A stretch of 64,000 nt of DNA from Somniosus microcephalus (Eukaryota), in assembly GCA_052327205.1 (NCBI GenBank), contig CM126214.1:26040001-26104000 (forward strand), written 5' to 3'. The notes under the pieces were generated by a model that was not told the origin of the DNA, ran no database searches, and saw only the letters and a list, made by a program, of their open reading frames with translations. Shown piece after piece: positions 1 to 13,492 of this stretch. Made by a program: the position numbers and the translations under genes. How positions within the stretch are numbered: position 1 is the stretch's first letter; each line of letters starts with the position of its first letter.

Positions 1-184
1 CAGAGTGTGCATGAAATAAGAATTTTGATAATGGAGAAGTTAGCCTGGCGATACACATGCTCCAAACAATATTTGTTACTGGAAAGTTTACCTAACAGGT
101 TAAAGCTGATTATACTGGGGTGACCTTTCAGTTAACTTGAGAGGCTTTGTTTGCTTTTCCCTTCAAATGTCATCATTATCAGAA

Positions 185-1400
185 ATTTTAGCACAGAAGT
201 GCCAGTGGTCGCTCTGCAGCAGAGTTATTGGTCTAATCCCAGTTTCCTGCTTTTTCTCCATATCCTTTAATATTTTCCTGCCAAGTGTTTGTTCAACTTT
301 TAAATACAGTGATTGATTTGGTAAATTGCAATGATGCATTCCATGTTTTAATAACGCTTTGTGAAAAAATTTGATCCTCCAATTTTCTGCATGTATAAAT
401 TCTAAACTTATGTCCCTTTGTTCATGGATCAGTGGAAATAATCTTTCATTGTTTATCCTTTCAAACCCTTTCAAAACTTAGAACACTTCAGTTAGAACCT
501 TCCCTATGCATTCTATGGGATACCCAAAACGGCACATAAGACTACTGTGAACAGATTCATTTTCACTTTCTTTTGCTTTTGTATTTAATGCCTCTAGATA
601 TAAAAGGTAAAATCAATGTTTTCCTTTTAAGGCTTTTTCTACCTGCAGCCCTGCTTTTAAAGATTTGTGAATTTGTCTCCCTAGATCTCCCTGTTGTGTA
701 CTTGAGAATTTTATTGTAGCATATTTCCATTCTGTTTTTCCCCCCCAAAATTTACTAATTTATCTATGCTGAAATGTATTGGACACTTTAACTGTCCCTG
801 TCCAAGGTAGGATTAACCTTTAAGGGCTCTGACCATAAGATCATCGACTTGAAATCTTAACCCTACCTTTTTCTCTACACGGATGCTGCTTGATCTGCTG
901 AATGTTTCCAGCATTTCAGTAATGACTGTCCCTGATGAGTGTGGACCTTTCCAAGTCTTCACTAATACCAGTTACTATTATCTCTAGCAGGTTTCCTGCT
1001 TATGACATGTGGCTAACTGGTCTACACTTAACTGGCTTATCTCTTTTTATCCTTTTTCGAACTATGGTATAACTTCTGCATCCTCCAGTCTTTTGGTACA
1101 ATTCCTGTTTACAAAAATGTTTCTAAATTTATGGTTAGCCTCTGTGCCATCATTAATCTTCAGTATTCTGGAGTGTTGACAATCTGGGCCTTGTGACTTA
1201 TATACCTTAAGTCCCTTTCAATACAATTTAATTTTTAATGTATACATATTTTGGTGGCTCCTCCATCCTCCTCCTGATAATGTTGCAGTCATTCCTTCAC
1301 CTTCAGTAAAGAGGAGCAAAATACTGGAGCATCTCTCTAATATTATGGTCTTCCATAAGTGGCCCACTCTTGGGTGACTTATCCTGCTTTAGGTGTGTTT
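185..1400 (-). mobile_element. Old CR1-clade LINE ORF2 fragment (degenerate)
   Basis: Minus-strand remnants MKGFERINNERLFPL (CR1 RT C-terminus) and DKPVKCRPVS (NYRPVSL motif); interrupted by a Penelope relic at about 828-918. Confidence 0.6.
828..918 (+). mobile_element. Penelope-like pLTR relic
   Basis: ctga...gacttgaaatcttaac...gatgctgcttgatctgctgaatgtttccagcattt resembles the pLTR at 47340-47423. Confidence 0.55.
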
Positions 1401-1424
1401 ATAAAAATTCTGTGCTATCCTCTC

Positions 1425-2070
1425 TCTCTCTCTCTCTCAAAGGCTGCTTACTTCCACCTCCATAATATGCCTGCATCTGCCCCTACCTCAACCCATCTGC
1501 TGTCAAAACCCTCATCCATGCTTTTATCACCTCCAGACTTGACGATTTGAATGTCTCCTGGCCAAACTTCCATCCGCCAGCCTTAGTAAGCTTCAACTCA
1601 TTCAAAACTCTGCTGATCATATCCTATCCCACACCAAGTTCCACTCATCCTTCACCCCTGTCATCTCTGATTTACATTGGCTCTCAGTTGTCCAACACCT
1701 CAAATTTAAAATTCTCATCCTCATGTTTAAATTTCTTTGTGGTGTTGCTCCACCCTAACCTTGTAACCTCCTATAGCCTGCCCTCACCCAAACTCTTCCT
1801 CTGACTCTGGCCTCTTGTGAAATCCCCCATCCCATAGGCCCACCATTCGTGTGTGCGTGTTGTGCCGCTTAGGCCCTATCCTCTGGAATTCCTTTCCTCT
1901 CCACCTCTGTCTCATCCTTTAAGACACTCAAAACCCACCTCTGACCAAATGTTTGGTCACCTCAGGTGATATCTCCTCCTTTGGCTTGGTGTCTGTTTTG
2001 ATTATTGCTCTGTGAAGTGGCTTGGGACATTTTTCTATGTTTAAGGCATTATATAAATGCAAATTCTTAT
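1425..2070 (+). mobile_element. L2-clade LINE 3' fragment
   Basis: Encodes AAYFHLHN...KTLIHAFITSRLD-like L2 ORF2 C-terminus and the aatttaaaattctcatcct motif; ends with the tail ...gcattatataaatgcaa. Confidence 0.75.
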
Positions 2071-2261
2071 ATTCTTGTTGAATGCCAGTCTTTTTAATAC
2101 TTTTGCTATTTTTTCTGGTTCTCTTCTGCAATATTAGCCTTCATTTTATCATATTAATCCTCCTTAAACTCTGTTGGATCTAATCTCTTTAGTTATCCAT
2201 GGAATTCTCAAGCTTTGCTGCAAACCCTTTACTCCTGGATGGAATAATTTTGGTCTTTAGG

Positions 2262-2360
2262 GGCCAGAAACATTAACTCTCTCTCTCCACAGAAGCTGCC
2301 TGACTGTATTTCCAGCATTTTCTTTAGATTTCTGGCATCTGCAGTATTTTACTTTTGTTT
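2262..2360 (+). mobile_element. Penelope-like pLTR 3' relic
   Basis: gaaacattaactctctctctccacagaagctgcctgac...ttccagcatttt...gcatctgcagtatttt resembles 47362-47465. Confidence 0.6.
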
Positions 2361-2602
2361 AACTATTTGTTATGGTTTTACATATAATTTGAGTTTGTTT
2401 CCTTGGATTTATTCGTTTACCAGTACATTGTGAAATTTCTGCATTCATAATTGTCAACTGTTCTTACGGCACAAAATATTCCAGTAAAATAAACAGTCAG
2501 TAGAAACATTTATTTGTATTTGAATGAAGTTCTTTTGTTCAGTGCTGAGTAATAATATGAAATAAACTTTGTCACAAGTATAAATTGACAGTGATTAAAT
2601 GA

Positions 2603-2752
<150 letters not shown>

Positions 2753-3159
2753 TGAGGTCTCTTTTTTTTTCCCTAGTAGAATTGCATATAACCGTACTGA
2801 ATACTGGCTATTTTTGGGCAAAGTGGGACTTAATTACTTAACTCAGCATTACATGTGCAATATGTGGATTTGATTGTGCTTTGCGACCTGTTCAGATTGT
2901 CACGAGTGAATTAAAATTGGGAGTGCATTATACAGCACCACACTTTTTTAATCTTAAAAAAAAAAAAAAAAAAATTTTTCAATTATTTTCTTTGCCTCTG
3001 TTGTTTCCCAGACTCCAGCTGAATGGTTAGATGGTTGACCATGGCTGTTTCAGTAATGCTAGATCACGGCCATTTGGTTGGGGAGGGTGTTATGTTATCT
3101 CTTGCTCTCTGTCCTTAATCTGGTATCTATGCCCCCTTGTTCTACACCTCTCAATCACT

Positions 3160-3466
3160 CATTAGCAGAGAGGTCAATAACCAGGGGGTATAGATTTAAA
3201 GTAACTGGTAGAAGGATTAGAGGGGAGTTGAGAATTCTTTTCACCCAGAGGGTGATGGGGCCTGGAACTCACTGCCTGAAAGGGTGGTAGAGGCAGAGAC
3301 CCTCATCACATTTAAAAAGTACTTGGATATGCACTTGAAGTGCCGTAACCTGCAAGGCTACGGACCAAGAGCTGAAAAGTGGGATTAGGCTAGATAGCTC
3401 TTTTTTGACCGGCACGGACATGATGGGCTGAATGGCATCTTTCTGTGCCATAAATTTCTATGATTC
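3160..3466 (+). mobile_element. CR1 LINE 3' end (5'-truncated)
   Basis: ITRGYRFKV...FTQRVM (TRGH...FFTQRVV motif) plus CR1 3'UTR ending gaatggc...tttctatgattc. Confidence 0.88.
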
Positions 3467-3845
3467 ATTTGGAACTGTCTGTTTCTATCTACTCTTTCCC
3501 AACTCATAATTTAAACACCTCTATCAAATCATCTCTTAATCTGATGAAAACAGCCCCAGTTGGAATAGCTGAGTTATATATTTATCTGTCTCTGCACTCG
3601 TGGCACGGGGCCCTACTGAGAGTGGGGTCACAGGCCATTTCGGAGTATAGGTCAGAATTAAAACCCATGCTCCAGTCATACGAGACTTTATGCAAGAAGT
3701 GCAGTTTTGCAGAATTTACTCGATTGATTCTTTTTTAATTGTGTTCTTGATCTGTGCAGATATTTTGTATTTAAATTAAGATCAATCCATGTAGATTCTA
3801 TTAAAGTTGGATTGCTATTTCGAAGAATGTGCGACAGCGTTGTAA

Positions 3846-3971
<126 letters not shown>

Positions 3972-4621
3972 TGAACTGTTCGCAATCTGGATATTTCAGA
4001 CGCTAATGTAATATGGCTCTAGCGTCCCAACCGCTCACCCCTTCATCAGTTGTTGCAAAATACAAATTTATGGAAAATTAAATTGCATGCTTCGTGACAA
4101 ATTTCTTGAACGCTTAGCTCTCAAAGTTTTTATTGTTAAATTGGAGGTACTGCATTAGGAATTTTGATGTTTATGTCTCTGCTCTAAGGTTCTGTGCTAG
4201 GCTGGGTACTTGAATCAGTTCAAGGTCTCTATTCCTGAAAAGACTGTAAATTTATACTTTCTAATTGTGAGCTTTCTGTACCGTCCCATTCTACATTCTG
4301 ACACCATTTCCACTGGCATTGATTTGGTAGAGGATCAAATGATTGTTCAATGGAATCCAAGTTGGGTAGTTTTTTTGTTATGGCCAGTAGAAATGATCTT
4401 GGTACTGTAATGCACTTTGTGCACTGTGCCCATGTTGTTGTAAATGTGCAGCTACACAGCCCTTTCCCCAATTAGTGAGAGCAGAAATTCTTAACTACAT
4501 GCTCACATTGCTGCTTGGATGCTGCCAGCCCTGCACCAACATTATGATGGTGCATTGCTACAGGAAATCAAGAAAGATTGAGCAGGAAATTGCTCCATTT
4601 TTTGAGAAGCATTTAACACTA

Positions 4622-5301
4622 CAGGTAGACTATCCTTTATCCGCACTTCCGAAAACCTCTAAAAACTGTGTTTTTTCGTGGAGCGTAAGTCGTGCGCATG
4701 ACATGACCCGAGTGGCGCCAAACATGACCGGAGTGGTCCGGGAGCTCTGCCTTTCCCTGTGAGCAGGGCAGAGGGTCACAGAGTTCCCTCCTGGGTAGGA
4801 GATTGCAGGCCGAGCCGGGCAGTGTGAAGGAGGTACCGGGAGAGTGAACCCAACAATACAGCGGCCCGTCCGATAGTCTTTTCTTCCCCCCCCCGCGACC
4901 TGATTTGCGGGCCAGCTTAGTGTAGGAGTCAGCCGATATCCAGCTTTCCCACAACTGGCGGCGGCAATCGAGCCCCAGACCCCTGCTAAGTCAAGGAATT
5001 CAGATACGGAGCAGGGGGAGCCGGAAACCTCAATCTAACGGCAGAAATCAGCAGCCGTTTTGTTAGGTTTTTTTTCTTCCCCTAGCATTTTTTTTAAACA
5101 GTCAGGCTGTGGAAAGAGTCTCTGTAGCTTAGCAACAGCTTCAGAGAGGCTTCCAAGGCAGGGCCCGAGTGTTTACAAGCTGTTGCTAAGCAACAGTGTT
5201 TGTTGTCCGATACGGAGATGAAAACCTTCTGAAATCCAAAAATTTCCGAAAACCGAAACACAGCTGGTCCCAAGGTTTTCGGATAAAGGATAGTCTACCT
5301 G
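4622..5301. mobile_element. Tc1/mariner (pogo/Tigger-like) non-autonomous MITE
   Basis: Perfect 22-bp TIR CAGGTAGACTATCCTTTATCCG...CGGATAAAGGATAGTCTACCTG flanked by TA duplications (4620-21, 5302-03); CpG-rich interior, no transposase. Confidence 0.88.
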
Positions 5302-5324
5302 TACTATGTGTTAGTATAGTTGGC

Positions 5325-5715
5325 GGCAGCAGCAGCTGGTATTTGTATAATGCCTTTAATGTAGGGAACATCCTAGGGTGCTTCAGAAAGCAGAATCTGA
5401 TGCAGAGCAATAATTGAATTGGAAGAGGTGACTGACAACATGGTCAGAGATATAGGTACAAAGGAGGCTTTTAAAGACATGGAAATAGTAGAGAGGTTTA
5501 GGGAAGGAGGCCTAGAGAATAGGATCAATATGTTTGAAAGCTTGGCCATTAATGTGGTGGGAGGGGGAGGAAGGCACAGGAGATTGGAAGGGCAAGGGAA
5601 CGTGCATTGCGGGACAGGGCGTTGGTGGAGGTTGGCAAGGATCGAGGTTATGAGCAGACAGGATTTGGTATGGGACAGAAAGCAGCCAATGTAGTTTAGG
5701 ATGAGTTTTTGGCAC
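5325..5715 (-). mobile_element. L2-clade LINE 3' fragment
   Basis: Reverse complement resembles the L2 tail at about 1900-2070; the minus ORF contains LHWLL. Confidence 0.6.
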
Positions 5716-6152
5716 AGTTTTTTGTTAGCAGGAGCATATGGGTGTAAAATATTTACACTTTAAATTCTAAATGTATAAAAAAACACTACTTTCTCTATTG
5801 GAAACCAACCTCAACATAAATACAGAAACTGTGATTAAATGGAAACATTTTGCTACACACTGAAATTGAAAAGTCAAATATTTTGCAACAGATACATTTT
5901 GGAGAATTTTGCAAGTCTGATCTTTTATGCTACATGCCATTTTTAGGATATTTGAGATGATTGATTTTTTTCCCAGTATAAATATTTTTGCCTGTTTCTG
6001 AATTTTCTTTTTAAGAAATTATGCACACTGTTGGGAAATCTTTGATATGATTGATCCAATGCAATTGGGATTCGTTGCATTGAGGAGCTTATAAAAGTTG
6101 ACTGCTAGCAATTGTGCGCTGATATTTGGAAATGCATTCTAGTCAGCACTAA

Positions 6153-6461
<309 letters not shown>

Positions 6462-6884
6462 TGATGACCATTGAAATTGCATTTTTTTTAATGTTGGTGA
6501 GAAATGTGCTGCGGGAGGCAAAACATTGTTTAAAAAGCTGGCTGTAACTTTTTCAATTTCTTAAAGTTGTGTTTTACTTCCAGAATTCTGTGCAATTTGC
6601 TATTTTCCCACAAATCCTTTTTTTTCCCCTGTGTATGCTGTTGTTGGCTCTATGCTTAGTTACAACTCTTAATTTGTCATTTCTGCTGAAGGAATTGTCT
6701 CAACCATGTTTGATGTAGGCTGGGAGATTTTGTTGGGCTGGATCAATGACGGATCCTTGTTTGTATTGTGCAGGTACTGGGGATTCTCTCAAGTTGGTAG
6801 CCCCAGCTGAGCTGGGCTGGTTGTGGGAGATTTGGGTGGGCTAATGATCTAATTGGCAATCAACTTGTGTATTGTTTTTGAGGC

Positions 6885-7563
6885 ACAATTAGAAGAAAGT
6901 AGTATGTTGTGTAGGAAGAATAGAAAAACAGAATATCTTTTAAATGATGAGAAACTATTAAATGTCTGTTCAGAGCGATTTGGGTGTTCTTGTACATGAA
7001 ACACAGAGTTAACATTCAGGTACAGCAAGCAATTAGGAAGGCTAATGGTGTGTTGGCCTTTATTGCAAGGGGGTTGAGTAAGCAAGTCTTGCTGCAATTA
7101 TATCAGGATTTGGGGAGACCATACCTGAAGTACTGTGTACAGTTTTGGGCTCCGTACCTAAGGAAAGATATACTTGTCTTAGAGACTGTGCAACGAAGGT
7201 TCACTAAATTGATTCCTGGGATGAGAGGGATTTCCTGTGAGGAGAGATTGAGTAGAATGGGCCTGTACTCTGAGTTTAGAAGAATGAGAGGTGATCTCAT
7301 TGAAACATGCAAGACTCTGAGAGGGCGTGACCGGGTAGATGCTGAGAGGCTGTTTCGCCTGGCTAGAGAGTCTAGAGCCAATTTTTAAACCGAGTTGGAT
7401 AGGTACTTGATGATTACAGGGTTACGGACAAAAAGTGGGGATGTGGGACTAAACACGACTGCTCTTTCAAAGAACCAGCACAAGCACGACGGGCCGAATG
7501 AGTTTCTATGAATCTCGAGGGGCCATATGGCCTAGACCTACTCCTCCTATTTCTTATGTTCTT
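6885..7563 (+). mobile_element. CR1 LINE 3' fragment(s)
   Basis: ORF 6984-7388 QAIRKANGVLAFI...LKYCVQFWAPYLRKDILVLETVQRRFTKLIPG...RGDLIE is CR1 ORF2 C-terminus; two CR1 tails follow. Confidence 0.9.
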
Positions 7564-7595
7564 AAAGCAAAACATTTGTGTTTTTTTCATTTCAG

Positions 7596-7637
7596 CTTGA
7601 AAACTACTTTTCTAGTCTCAAAAATCCAAAACTCAGG
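7596..7637 (+). CDS. DOT1L: DOT1L coding exon (exon 12 equivalent)
   Basis: tttcag|CTT GAA AAC...CTC AGG|gtaagt; LENYFSSLKNPKLR; 42 nt. Confidence 0.96.
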
Positions 7638-7853
7638 GTAAGTTTGTCTTTTTGCTTGTTAAAATTATTGCAGTCAGTATTGAATGCTCATGAATTTGAG
7701 GTCAAAGAAGGTTACTCTTAATCCAACATGTTTGTTTCTATCTCTGGACACTAGAAGTATAAACATTTGAAAATGTGGAGTGTATTGCTAATCTAATTTT
7801 CTTTCCCCCACCCGCCACACTCTGAATGAAAGTTGTTTCATAATTTGTTACAG

Positions 7854-7931
7854 GAGGAACAAGAGGCAGCTAGACGTAGACAACAAAAGGAAAACAAAGA
7901 AAATAAGAGTAGTACAACAACTCCAACCAAG
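7854..7931 (+). CDS. DOT1L: DOT1L coding exon (exon 13 equivalent)
   Basis: ttacag|GAG GAA CAA...ACC AAG|gtaatg; EEQEAARRRQQKENKENKSSTTTPTK; 78 nt, phase 0-0. Confidence 0.92.
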
Positions 7932-8642
7932 GTAATGTGGAGTGTTCAGTTTGAATGAAATAAGTTTTTTTGGCAGTGTATCTATTCGAGCCATTGCAGA
8001 AAGCTATTTGGGTAGTTGTAACTTGTCGTTCATCACTGAGAATTGTCCTTTGTGATTTATTTTGTGTTGGAACTACGTCATACTTTTTCTGTCAGATGTC
8101 TGACACTGCTGTTGATGTGTACATCATGGCTGACTGAATACTTGATTTGAACTGCAGTTCACAGATGAATTTTGCTTTGTAATTTTCAATTTTTCTGAAT
8201 TTAATTCTCTGGTATTTCTCTCACTTAGTCATTAGATGTCTATGAAAAGCTTTTCTAACATTTTAGAATTTTAGTGATGACTTGTGAGCAGTTTTTCTCT
8301 CTTTTGCACTACTCTTTGGTATTTTCCCTTTTATGTCCTCAAATTCCTCCTGTTTGCTATCTGTTTGGTGTTCGATTGCTCGCTCTGCCCTGGCGCTCAT
8401 GCTGCCTAGTTATTTTAGTGAAGGCATTTGTGGATATTCAAGTAAATTAAGTACAATATCTTTGAGCCTTTCCTGAAGTACTCCTTTAAAGTGCTGGGCC
8501 AGTGATTATAATTGTTAGAATCTTAGAAAATATATAGAATATGGTAGGGGAAAACTTGTATTTTTTGCTAGGAAACCCAAAAGTATGTCATGGTTTCAGT
8601 TTTCTGAGTTATCGATGCAGGGATAATGTGTTTTGTTTGTAG

Positions 8643-9355
<713 letters not shown>

Positions 9356-10463
9356 GTAGTCTCCACTCACCCTTGTTGTATATTGTATTTTCAGTGGCAT
9401 TCCCTAATTTAAACAGTCACCAAAAAAGGTTTCAAGTATAGAATGGGGTTACTGTGTTGGTATTCTTTGAAACCAAAGACACTACAAAATTTGCAGTTCA
9501 TAATAAGCTATTGGAAAGTTACAGGTAAATATTTTGGTCTCCGAGTTCAGTAGTATGATGCTTCATTTGTGGAGGCACTGAAAGTTCCTCTTAATTTCCA
9601 ATGGTGAACAGATCTTTGAATAGTGCATTGTAAAAGTGAGCTAAATGCCTTAGTAGCTATTATACAAATTATCCCACTAATTCTTGGGGGGGGTGGGGGG
9701 GGGGTGCGTGGTCGTCTATGTAATGGGTAAATTTTGAAAAAGGATGAACTGAAGTTTACTTTTACTTACCAAATGGACATTGAGCTAAATTTAATCTGAC
9801 CACTGATTTATTCTATGTGATTCTGAAAGCTTGTTTTATACAAATTCACATTCAAACACCCATTCCCTCACCTACAAATATGTGCAGATTGTCGGTGTCA
9901 ACTTGCAAGGTCTTCCTTGTCTTAATGTGGGATTGAGTTGACTGTGGGGTGGAAAAAAACCTGATATTTTATTTTGTTAGTTAGCTGATCAGTTACTGGT
10001 GAATAATATAATCAATGTGTCTAAACCTGGCATAGAATAAGGCAAATCTGGAAACATAATACTGTAGTTGGCAATAGATACCTCCAATTTTGATTGTACA
10101 GTTCTGTTACTCATGGCTGCATCCTATTTTTTAAAAATACTTTGGCACAAAAATAATTGCCATTAAAGTTTGTACTTTTACATTGCTATGTCAGCCTTGT
10201 TTCAAGTGTTCTAATTTGGGTTTTTAATTGCAACAGATGGGGTTCAATACTAATTTGGCTTTGCCGCCATACATCATAGCAATGTGCTTCTCCAGCTTTG
10301 TAACTGTGTTTGGGAATGTTGGATGATTTAGTTGAACCATTTGTATTGAAGCCTGAATGATTTTGGGTGTTGCCATAAGCTATATCACATGGAGTTAATT
10401 GTAACTGATGATTATAAACTGATCGTTTGGGAAAACTTCCAGTGTATTGCTTTCAATTTTCAG

Positions 10464-10577
10464 ATGCATACAAGTCACCTCATAGTCCATTTTACCAACT
10501 ACCTCCCAAAGTGCAACGCTATTCACCCAATCAATTTTTACTGGGTCCTACACCACCTGCACTACAGAAGCTGCTAG
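10464..10577 (+). CDS. DOT1L: DOT1L coding exon (exon 15 equivalent)
   Basis: tttcag|AT GCA TAC...CTA G|gtgagt; DAYKSPHSPFYQLPPKVQRYSPNQFLLGPTPPALQKLL; 114 nt. Confidence 0.96.
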   Translation: MHTSHLIVHFTNYLPKCNAIHPINFYWVLHHLHYRSC

Positions 10578-10768
10578 GTGAGTACTGCTGCATTTGGTGT
10601 TTGTCTACCTATCTGTGTGTAAGTTGATGGCTATTCTCTGCTCTCGATTTATGTAAATTTAATTTTGATTCTTTCTGCTGTAGTCTCTAAGCAGCCTACA
10701 AGTCTCCAACACTATTCTTTCTAACTTAATTACTGCTATTGTTGTTTTCTGTTTGCTACTTACTGCTA

Positions 10769-11091
10769 CAGGAAACTCTTTGGTATCCGGGACTGGCGTG
10801 GTGCCGGTTTATCAAAAAGTCCGGATTACAGAGAGGTATAGTTAAAAGGTACGAGAGCTCCGTGCACAGCAACAAAGCCAGGCTTCCCTGTTGCTTAGCA
10901 ACATGTGCAGGAACTCCGGCCCAGACCAAGCGTCCCTGTTGCTTAGCAACAAGTGTAGGAACCCCAGTTAGACAGCCACAGATCCAGGAACTGCCACTAA
11001 TATGAAGTAAAATTTACCTGCACCTACTCCTGAATTTTGTCGGTTAAGAGATTTCTGGTTATTTAGGTGCCGGTAAATCAAGAGTTTCCTG
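10769..11091. mobile_element. Tc1/mariner-type MITE
   Basis: TA|CAGGAAACTCTT...AAGAGTTTCCTG|TA with imperfect extension to CCGG; two internal GTTGCTTAGCAAC palindromes. Confidence 0.82.
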
Positions 11092-12849
11092 TATTTTCAT
11101 TTTTTTAAGTTAGCCACAGCTGCCAAAATGTTAAGTTCTGAGGTTTGATTCATTATTGTTTTCACTGAGAGAATTGTCAAGTCCAATTCTTGATTTAATA
11201 CCCAAGTTATTTGACAGATATTGAAATGGTAATACAGACATGCAGCTTATATAATCATTTGAAACTTCAATTCAATGATATTTAAAAAACAAGAATGATT
11301 CTTACTATTTTTATAAGCACAGTAGTTGCTATCCAGATGGTGCATAAATCCTGTCATTTTGCACTTCGACTACGATAGACCACTTGGAAGGTGGAGATGT
11401 TTGGATGGTAACCCTGGAATTTTGAGTTTATTGTAACATCTTTGCTGTTTAACAGTCTCCTGATATGTTTGAGGAAATTCAGTAATCAAGCCAATCTTAT
11501 ACCTTGCATTATCATGTTGGAGAACTCCAACTACAGTACTTCGTAGTTTCTGTTCATTGGCATTCATGTGGCCGCATTACCTCAACCTGTTATGACTTGT
11601 AGCCCATTTGGATGTTTCCAAAGGACATCTTGGATTACTTGCATGCAAATCTGATTACAGGTATTTCATGATGCAACTTTGGTTTCCAAAGGTGTTGGAG
11701 TAGGTCTTTGGAGTATGGGCAGTGAACCATGGATCCTTAGTTTTGCCCAACCATGGGACAAGAACTAGGCACTCTGAAAACTGCAGGAATACATAGATGT
11801 GAAAGATCATCAAGTATACTTGTGCACAAATTGTCCTGAGCAAGGTTATAAAGTAGAATTAAAACCTTGCTGTTTGTCATTGTGCAGTAAGTGTGTGAAA
11901 TCTTGAAGAGCTGCTGTAAATTGCTGAGTTTGATAGTTACTCAAATACTTGGAAATTACTTGAAAGAAGCCAAAGATATAAATTAAAAGCTAGTGCTTTC
12001 TTGTCAAGCTTGTTTGGAAAAATGGCAGTAAACTGGATAATTTCTTTTAAATTCACAAATTTTATTAACACTTAACATGGAAACATCGCTAAGTTGAAAT
12101 AATGCTGCAGTTATACTTGTCAAAGTGAAAAAATCTCACTAGCCAAGTAAACTGTCAACATTTAAGCCACTGACATTTATAAGGACTAATAACAATGGCC
12201 TACAGATTCTGATTGTAACGCTTTTGCCACTTTGACAGCAGATTGATGGGAACCTAGTGAATTAAACATTCTATTTGGACATCTGCAGTGGTCAGCATGC
12301 CCGATTGGCAGACCACATGTCAAAATTAATGGACTGCAAATAGTGCAGGCTGTAAATATTGGGTGTGCTGACCTACAGGCCTAAATTTGGATGCGGGTTC
12401 CTGTCGCATGAAGTTCTGTACTGGGGACGCCACTGATGAGGCTTACCCCATAGTACCTTAGCAAAACTGAGTTTGAGTGTAATTTTGAGAGATGATACCA
12501 TGGACAGAGATGAAGCCAGTTAGGGCTTTTGCGATGCTTTAAAATTATGTGGAAAGAGCTGGCAGATGTAAAATCCATCAGACTCCTTACACATTATTAA
12601 CCAGAAACTGATACGATGTGACAGGTCTCTGTTACGACAAAATCAGCGGATAGACCCTTTAAGCTGAGCAACCTTCATTGATCTTGGCTGAAGATTGCAG
12701 CCTACAAGTCAAAAGTATAGACCCTTCTGTATAGGCCAACCACATAGGATGCTGCTGGTAAAATTGTTTTTATTTTTGACTAGATTACATCCAACTAAAT
12801 AAGGCAAGGATTGAATGCTTTTTATGTTGCTCTCTTTTCACCTTCAACT

Positions 12850-13492
12850 TTATTCAAGAAGTGTGAAATGAAGAGCCTAGAATGGGAGACCAAAAGCACA
12901 GTTCAACAGGAAGTTTTTAAGGAGCTTGTTGAAAGGTGGCAAGGCATATGGAACAGAGCAGAAAATTCTATGGGACATAGTGGCCGAGTGAGTTGCTGAG
13001 GGATTCAGGAACAAGCGGAAGTCCAGTGTTGGAGCAGAGGTATAGTTGCAAGGCAGTGGGGCATCACCAAGGTGGGGTTGGGGTGAGACCATGCAGGGAC
13101 TCGAGGGAGGAGGAGGATTAAAATTTTGAAATGGGAACACTTGCAGCACTTAGCCAGTGGAGTTAGGAAAGGATGGGGATTCTGGGAAAGCGGGAGTTAA
13201 TGTGGATGAATGTACAGGGTGCAGTTGTTGGCATGAGTTGACTCCTGTGGAGGATTGATGCTGGGAGACCAGCTAGAATGGCTTCAGAAAAATTCAGCTT
13301 TGAGATGATGAAGGCATGGACTTTTGAAGGGGAGAGAATGAGGTATAGGTGGATAATGTTGCAGAGCTGGAAGTGCTGGTTGAGCCAGATGTCGGGTCCG
13401 CACTTGTCGCAGCTCGAGATGACAGTTGGCTGGGTTGATGGACTTGAAGCTGGAGGCGTTGATGGGAGATCAAGAGCATGACTTCAGTTTTT
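12850..13492 (-). mobile_element. Old L2 LINE, 3' part (split by a CR1 insertion)
   Basis: Minus strand reads KTEVMLL at the junction and carries L2 3' motifs (aaattttaatcct). Confidence 0.6.

Noticed and set aside
8572-8582. Possible micro-exon ttttttgctag|GAAACCCAAAA|gtatgt between exons 13 and 14, where the human protein has extra residues
   Set aside because: It is 11 nt and would break the frame. Exons 13 and 14 already join in phase 0, and nothing else supports it.
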